From a virus (lineage: Duplodnaviria > Caudoviricetes), in IMG/VR virus record IMGVR_UViG_3300037484_001948, positions 1-31,006 of that record: a DNA stretch of 31,006 bases. One strand, given 5' to 3'. The translations under genes were made by a program, and so were the position numbers. Shown in pieces: positions 25,978 through 31,006 of this stretch; the first letter of the stretch is position 1, and every line of letters starts with the position of its first letter. The notes below the pieces were generated by a model. The model worked only from the letters and a program-made list of their open reading frames with translations. It searched no databases and had not been told where the DNA came from.

Positions 25978-26298
25978 TTATTTATTTATCTTTATTTTCT
26001 TTACTAACTTCGCAACATTTCCTTCAACATAAACAAAAAAATATTTATCAGCACCTAGTTCGTGCAAAGGTATACTTTCTAAATCTTCAGGAAATAAACC
26101 TGTATTTTTTGAAACAAAAATAAGATAGTTACAACCTTTCTCTATTTTTAATTGTTTTATTAACGCTTTTGTATTCATACTTCTTTCTTTAAATTTTTCC
26201 TGCAATGATGACAATAAATAATGACATATGGAACAGATCTTTGTAATAATCCTCCCTGTAACCTTTTTGTCTTTAATGTTTTTTTCCATATTATGCAA
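25978..26298 (-). CDS. hypothetical protein (start uncertain, possibly shorter)
   Basis: ORF track; several in-frame Met codons. Confidence 0.5.
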   Translation of the reverse strand: MHNMEKNIKDKKVTGRIITKICSICHYLLSSLQEKFKERSMNTKALIKQLKIEKGCNYLIFVSKNTGLFPEDLESIPLHELGADKYFFVYVEGNVAKLVKKIKINK

Positions 26299-26518
26299 CC
26301 CCTTCTAATTTTTCAGTTCCGCATCTTGAACAATAAATCCAATTCTTAGGTAATGGATCTTTAAAATATTTAGACGATCTATGCCTCCATTGATGGCGAG
26401 TGCATAATTCTTCCATTGTTTTAGGTTTATAATCTTTCCCATCCTTAGTATATTTACCAGATATTGCAAATCCTGACATATAAACCTTTTTGGTGTAACA
26501 AAAAATGCCTGTACTCAT
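26291..26518 (-). CDS. hypothetical protein, possible Zn-binding
   Basis: CTRH...CSRC. Confidence 0.55.
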   Translation of the reverse strand: MSTGIFCYTKKVYMSGFAISGKYTKDGKDYKPKTMEELCTRHQWRHRSSKYFKDPLPKNWIYCSRCGTEKLEGVA

Positions 26519-26547
26519 ATTACTTTACCCTATACCTCATAAAACAC

Positions 26548-26796
26548 TTAAACTTTGATTATCTTGTCCAATAACTTACCAAACTCTTTTTTCCCCTCCT
26601 CAATAACGGGATTTTCTTTTTTCCTCAAATCCTTGGCTGTTGGCCTATTGATAACTCCAACCCGTTCAGTATCAAACTTCTTCTCTATTGTTTTTTTCCA
26701 CTTTAGCGCCTCATCTACTGTTAACTCACGCTTGCCTATGAAATAACCTATTAAAAACGACAGTATTGAAATGATCCAAACCAATATAATTGTCAT
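26548..26796 (-). CDS. small membrane protein
   Basis: N-terminal TM helix; ATGA overlap. Confidence 0.65.
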   Translation of the reverse strand: MTIILVWIISILSFLIGYFIGKRELTVDEALKWKKTIEKKFDTERVGVINRPTAKDLRKKENPVIEEGKKEFGKLLDKIIKV

Positions 26797-27050
26797 CTTT
26801 TTCTAGCTTTCCACTTAAACTTATAATCGTCATAGTAACTTCCATATAATTTTGTAATATCACAAGTCATCTTCTCGTCAGGAAACCAGTCGCCATAATC
26901 TCTTATTAAAATTGTCATTATTTTAGTTGGAGAGTTAGGATCTTCCAGATCAGCAACAATTGTTGCATTCCTGTAAACATGAACCACCAATACAGGCTTG
27001 CCTGTTTTCTTATGCCTTATTACCTGATCGGGTAAATATTTTTGCGGCAT
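26793..27050 (-). CDS. hypothetical protein
   Basis: 85-aa ORF in a tightly packed run. Confidence 0.6.
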   Translation of the reverse strand: MPQKYLPDQVIRHKKTGKPVLVVHVYRNATIVADLEDPNSPTKIMTILIRDYGDWFPDEKMTCDITKLYGSYYDDYKFKWKARKR

Positions 27051-27051
27051 G

Positions 27052-27357
27052 TCAATCTTTATAATAATTTGTATCCTGCCAAACCTTACGGGCCTTCTTA
27101 ACTTCCTTACTATTTACTTTAATTCCCTTTGTTCCGTATTGCTCAATATACTCTTTGCTTAAGTCTCCTTTTCTAAAGGGCTGGACAATGTCTTTTGAGT
27201 ATGCTTTTCTCTGGTCTTTAATATCGGCTGTCGTAAACTCAATCTGCTTATTAGGTTTTCCGTAACTTCGATGCCTCTCCTGACACTCCTTACAGGGAAG
27301 ATAGCCGAAAGCATAATGCTTGATAGCCTCGCCTTTGTTACAGACTAGGCAACGCAT
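27052..27357 (-). CDS. Zn-ribbon protein
   Basis: CLVC...CKEC; basic. Confidence 0.65.
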   Translation of the reverse strand: MRCLVCNKGEAIKHYAFGYLPCKECQERHRSYGKPNKQIEFTTADIKDQRKAYSKDIVQPFRKGDLSKEYIEQYGTKGIKVNSKEVKKARKVWQDTNYYKD

Positions 27358-27653
27358 CGGCTTCTTAATAACTTTATAACCTCAGACCAGAGCCTGTCAC
27401 ACCATAAGTTGACATCGTTAAGGTTCCCTAAAATATCCAAGACTGGACGCTCGTGTTCGTCCAGAAACTCAACCATGCGACCGATGTTAAACCAAACCCA
27501 ATAGCATGGCTCCATTTCTCTGATGAAATCAAAAAACCTGCCCGCATATTCATCAGCCCGTTTCTTTTCCATCCACCTAAAAAGATAGTCATAGTCAGCG
27601 ATATGCTCCCGCTTAAATCCCATCCATTCAGCCAGAGTCAGAGTTTGTTTCAT
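27345..27653 (-). CDS. hypothetical protein
   Basis: 102 aa; ATGA overlap with groEL; AAGGAGG SD. Confidence 0.65.
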   Translation of the reverse strand: MKQTLTLAEWMGFKREHIADYDYLFRWMEKKRADEYAGRFFDFIREMEPCYWVWFNIGRMVEFLDEHERPVLDILGNLNDVNLWCDRLWSEVIKLLRSRCVA

Positions 27654-29218
27654 TTTTCCTCCTTAATTTCAGGAACTATAATAGCCCCGCAAATCATAAT
27701 TTGAATAGCTACCGATACTGAATTAAGTATTGCCTGTTTGGCTACACTCATCGGGTCAACTATCCCCGCCTCAACCATGTTTTTAACCTTGCCGTCTGTA
27801 ACGTCAACTCCAAGCTCTAAAACTGGATTATTGATATTGAACATGATCTCGTTATTATCAAGCCCTGAGTTTTCGAGAAGCTGTAGGAACGGTTTTTTTA
27901 ACGCATGATAGAGAATAGGATTGTCCTTAACAATGTTCCGTATATTAAGGTAAACTACCTCTCCACCGGCGACAACTCCATCCTTGATAGCGCACCTTGT
28001 TGCGGATACTGCATCGGTTGCCCTCTCCCAGCGCTCCTTCATCTCAATTTCAGTTTGTCCTCCAACCTTAATAACTGCAATTCCATTTGAGAGCTTGCCT
28101 AAACGTTCTTTTAACTTTTCTCTGTCAAACTCAACTTCTTCATCTTCTATCTGTTTTTTTATCTGTTCTATACGGTCTTTGATCATCTGTTTATCTCCTC
28201 TGCCTCCGACTATGATCGTTTCGCTTTTTGATGAGGTGATCCTTTTGGCCTGCCCTAAGTCTTCAAACTTCAAGTCCTTAAGCGAGTAACCGACATCAGC
28301 CGAAATAAACTTGCCTCCTGTCAATATCGCTATATCCTCAAGCGTATTTTTCATGTTCTGTCCGAATGACGGGGCGGTAACACATAAACTTAAGAAATGC
28401 CCATCAATCTTGTTTTGGATAAATGAGGGTAGGACATCGTTGGTGAACTCCGGCGCTATGACTGTCAATACTTTGGCTTTGGGCAAGAATTGGTCTTTTA
28501 AAAACGGCACCAAGTCCATAAAGTTACTTAAAGTCATGTCGGTAACTAAGACGTAAGTCTCCTCTAAAGTTGCCGTCATTGTCTGGGGATTGGTAATGAA
28601 GTAAAGCGATACATAGCCCTTATCAAACTGCATACCCTCTTGGTGTTCAACTACAGTTTCAGCCATTTTTGATTCCTCAACTGTAATCACTCCGTCTACT
28701 CCTACCTTCTCATAAGTGTCGGCTATCAGTTTTCCGATCTCCGGGTCTTTAGATGAGATCGTAGCAACCTGCATCTTGTCCTCTATGCTCTTAATCGGGC
28801 GGGCTAATTTCTCAAGTTTTTTAATAAGCTTTTTAGTGTCTTCCTCAAGTCTTAGTCTTAACTCCATCGGGTTTATCCCTTTGGCAATCTGGGCGATACA
28901 TTGGTTGACTATCTCACGGGCGAGGATGATAACTGCTGTAGTTCCATCACCAACCTCGTCAACTTGCTTCTGGGCCGATTCTCTGATTAACGCCGCTCCC
29001 ATACTTTCAAATTCATCCTTTAAGTCAATTGCCTTAGCTACACCCACCCCATCATCAACTACCTTCCTCTCATAAACCTCACCTTTAGGGGTGCACTTGG
29101 CTATCGCAACATTGCGCCCTCTTGGCCCCAAGGTCATTGCAACAGCATCGGCCAGTAAATTAACTCCTTTTAATAGTTTGGCTCTCGCCTTTTCATTGAA
29201 AATCAGTTGTGTTTTCAT
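27650..29218 (-). CDS. groEL: chaperonin GroEL (phage-encoded)
   Basis: [32 protein letters not shown] and AVIKVGG motifs. Start moved to ATG 29218 (MKTQLIF). No GGM tail. Confidence 0.97.
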   Translation of the reverse strand: MKTQLIFNEKARAKLLKGVNLLADAVAMTLGPRGRNVAIAKCTPKGEVYERKVVDDGVGVAKAIDLKDEFESMGAALIRESAQKQVDEVGDGTTAVIILAREIVNQCIAQIAKGINPMELRLRLEEDTKKLIKKLEKLARPIKSIEDKMQVATISSKDPEIGKLIADTYEKVGVDGVITVEESKMAETVVEHQEGMQFDKGYVSLYFITNPQTMTATLEETYVLVTDMTLSNFMDLVPFLKDQFLPKAKVLTVIAPEFTNDVLPSFIQNKIDGHFLSLCVTAPSFGQNMKNTLEDIAILTGGKFISADVGYSLKDLKFEDLGQAKRITSSKSETIIVGGRGDKQMIKDRIEQIKKQIEDEEVEFDREKLKERLGKLSNGIAVIKVGGQTEIEMKERWERATDAVSATRCAIKDGVVAGGEVVYLNIRNIVKDNPILYHALKKPFLQLLENSGLDNNEIMFNINNPVLELGVDVTDGKVKNMVEAGIVDPMSVAKQAILNSVSVAIQIMICGAIIVPEIKEEK

Positions 29219-29225
29219 AAAAAAT

Positions 29226-29456
29226 TTATCCTTTAAATAAATTATTAATAATGATGAAATAATATGACCATTCCGACATCTCAAGTATTGCTGTTTTCGA
29301 TTGGGTAATTCTCAAATCTTTCATAATTAGCATAGGTAATTTTTCATATTCAGGCTTTTCTAAAATATCTAATAATTCCTTTTGCAGTTTTTGTTCAAGC
29401 TTACGATTTCTTACAAAATGTGTAATTTTTAATCCTTGGACTTTTTTCTTTTTCAT
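29226..29456 (-). CDS. hypothetical basic protein between groES and groEL
   Basis: 76 aa; start overlaps the groES stop. Confidence 0.55.
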   Translation of the reverse strand: MKKKKVQGLKITHFVRNRKLEQKLQKELLDILEKPEYEKLPMLIMKDLRITQSKTAILEMSEWSYYFIIINNLFKG

Positions 29457-29761
29457 AAATAAACTCCTAATATGTTTTTAAAAGGGACTATGCGGTATTT
29501 CTTGACGTCAATCAAAAACTCTTCAAATCCAATGGTTGTATGAAAGATTATTTGACCCATTTTAACTGGAGAGTTGATAACTGCCCCATATTCGGTAGTT
29601 ACCGAAGCACCGACTGCCAAAACCATGCCTTTTTTTGGCGGTTCTGCATCCCTTTGGGATATTGAAAGACCGCCATAATGCTCCCGCTCTATTGGTTCTA
29701 TAAGGACATATCCAGGTGCGGGACTAAACTGAACTGTGTCCTGTAAAGTTAATTTTTTCAT
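29453..29761 (-). CDS. groES: co-chaperonin GroES
   Basis: PAPGYVLIEP, GGLSI mobile loop, GMVLAVG, VKMGQ and NILGV; ATG at 29761. Confidence 0.9.
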   Translation of the reverse strand: MKKLTLQDTVQFSPAPGYVLIEPIEREHYGGLSISQRDAEPPKKGMVLAVGASVTTEYGAVINSPVKMGQIIFHTTIGFEEFLIDVKKYRIVPFKNILGVYL

Positions 29762-29818
29762 ATCCCTTGCCAAAAGAGGCTAGCGATGGCTCTTCTTGAC
29801 AAGGTATCTGAACGCTAG
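29762..29818 (-). promoter_or_regulatory. structured groES leader; hairpin covering the ribosome-binding region
   Basis: CCTTGTCAAGAAGAG pairs with CTCTTTTGGCAAGG, ending 3 nt before the ATG. Confidence 0.55.
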
Positions 29819-29935
29819 TTATTTTTCCAACTCAATAACATGACCTTTCGATTCCATTAGCTTATCGGTTGCTTTTATCCTTGCTTCAATCTCATCTTCA
29901 GCTTCTACCTCGATTATGATCCGGTATTTTTTCAT
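29819..29935 (-). CDS. small 38-aa protein, absent from ORF track
   Basis: MKKYRIIIEVEAEDEIEARIKATDKLMESKGHVIELEK; first ORF after the promoter at 29996-30024. Confidence 0.6.
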   Translation of the reverse strand: MKKYRIIIEVEAEDEIEARIKATDKLMESKGHVIELEK

Positions 29936-29995
29936 AGAAGTTAAATCAAGAAAGTTATCACCCATTTTTATATGGTTACTGGAGCGTGTGTAAAT

Positions 29996-30024
29996 ATACT
30001 ACAACTAAGAAAGTGAAATGTCAA
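29996..30024 (-). promoter_or_regulatory. sigma70-type promoter
   Basis: TTGACA-17 nt-TAGTAT upstream of the groES/groEL/terminase run. Confidence 0.6.
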
Positions 30025-30043
30025 GAGATAGATATAGTAATTG

Positions 30044-31006
30044 CTATAAAACATCATCCTTATAAAGATTTTGAACTACGTTAGCGTCAAACGCTTTAAG
30101 TTTCGGGTAGAAGTCGGTATCTTGATACTGCTTTATTAATTCGTCTAAATCCGATAAGAAATCTTTAATTGTTCTTGTTTTTCTTAACAACGGATTCCTT
30201 CTTATCGCCTCCCTCTTTCTTTTCATCGATACACGGACATAATTAAGGGTTGACTGGATGCTTTTATGTCCAAATAGCTCTTTAATCGTATAGATATCAA
30301 CTCCTTCATCATGCAACGAACTGCCGCACGAATGCCTTAGAATATGATTGCGAATTGGCTTATTGATTTTAAGGTCTTTGCGTATTTCTTCAATGAAAAC
30401 ATTAAGCAGATACTCATTGAGCCTGCCCCCGCTCCTACCCTCGAAGACAAGAACCTTGTTTTTCATCAACCTTGATAGTTTTTCATATAAACTTGCGTCA
30501 ATAGGCACCTGCCTTCCAAGGTTGTTTTTTGAAAACTCTGTTTTTACGACAAGCATATCGCTAAAAATATCTTCAGGCTTCAGGTTTGCCACCTCCTGGA
30601 TTCTTAACCCTGTCTGAAGCATCAAGTCTATCGCCACTCCATAGCGGTAATCTCTTCTATATGCTTCATCAAGGAGTTTTCTTTCTTCATCTTCGTTAAG
30701 CGGAATCACCAGTTTGGGATAAGATTTGAAATTTTCGAGGGTGTCCTTAAAGTCTATTCCCTGCCACCGGCATACCAACCTTAAAGCATTGAGATATAAG
30801 TTTTTAGTATTTGGAGATTCTTTAACCTTATCAACATAATCCCTGTAAGACGTAAGATTTTCAAGGGATAATTCTTTTTTGTCAAAGAATAAACAGAGAA
30901 ACTTAAACCTGCTGAGATAATTCGAGTTCTGACTTTTATCGAGCTGCCTCTTGCGAAACAGCCATTCAGAAAATTGTATCCATTTTTCTAAACTGATCAT
31001 AGTCAA
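30044..31006 (-). CDS. tyrosine recombinase/integrase (XerC/D-like)
   Basis: TGLRIQE (R), SKN (K), HILRH (HxxR), LFGH and TLNY (Y). The start lies at the window edge (TTG 31006 or ATG 31000). Confidence 0.92.
   Translation of the reverse strand: MTMISLEKWIQFSEWLFRKRQLDKSQNSNYLSRFKFLCLFFDKKELSLENLTSYRDYVDKVKESPNTKNLYLNALRLVCRWQGIDFKDTLENFKSYPKLVIPLNEDEERKLLDEAYRRDYRYGVAIDLMLQTGLRIQEVANLKPEDIFSDMLVVKTEFSKNNLGRQVPIDASLYEKLSRLMKNKVLVFEGRSGGRLNEYLLNVFIEEIRKDLKINKPIRNHILRHSCGSSLHDEGVDIYTIKELFGHKSIQSTLNYVRVSMKRKREAIRRNPLLRKTRTIKDFLSDLDELIKQYQDTDFYPKLKAFDANVVQNLYKDDVL

Noticed and set aside
29762-30043. CIRCE/HrcA operator upstream of groES
   Set aside because: No TTAGCACTC-N9-GAGTGCTAA sequence was found.
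1195-30617. Plus-strand ORFs and short nested minus-strand ORFs in the ORF track
   Set aside because: They are shadows of longer genes that have recognisable motifs; they lack credible starts or protein features.
1-31006. tRNA/rRNA genes, diversity-generating retroelement, tape-measure gene
   Set aside because: No cloverleaf, reverse transcriptase, TR/VR repeat pair or tape-measure/tail-tube module was recognised by eye.

Overview
This window is the morphogenesis and lysis arm of a tailed dsDNA phage or prophage. No tape-measure or tail-tube gene is seen, so a short-tailed (podovirus-like) virion is inferred. All credible genes are on the minus strand. In transcription order they are: tyrosine recombinase, groES, a small ORF, groEL, several small ORFs, terminase small and large subunits, a Com-like Zn-finger protein, portal, scaffold, major capsid, decoration and virion proteins, head-tail adaptor, a nested-domain tail protein, ejection proteins, an M23 peptidase, a fibre-like protein, a CHAP endolysin and holins. 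The main discovery is a dispersed cis-regulatory cassette at 7 intergenic loci (8 copies). Each has an (extended) -10 promoter, then a short hairpin with a conserved AAUUUA-type loop and a covarying stem. That hairpin overlaps, and is mutually exclusive with, an intrinsic terminator whose U-tract ends 4-6 nt before an ATG (farther for the capsid gene). This looks like a protein-dependent attenuation/antitermination regulon gating virion modules. The 81-aa Zn-finger protein encoded just upstream of the first cassette is the best candidate regulator. All product calls come from motif recognition and gene order; no database searches were run.
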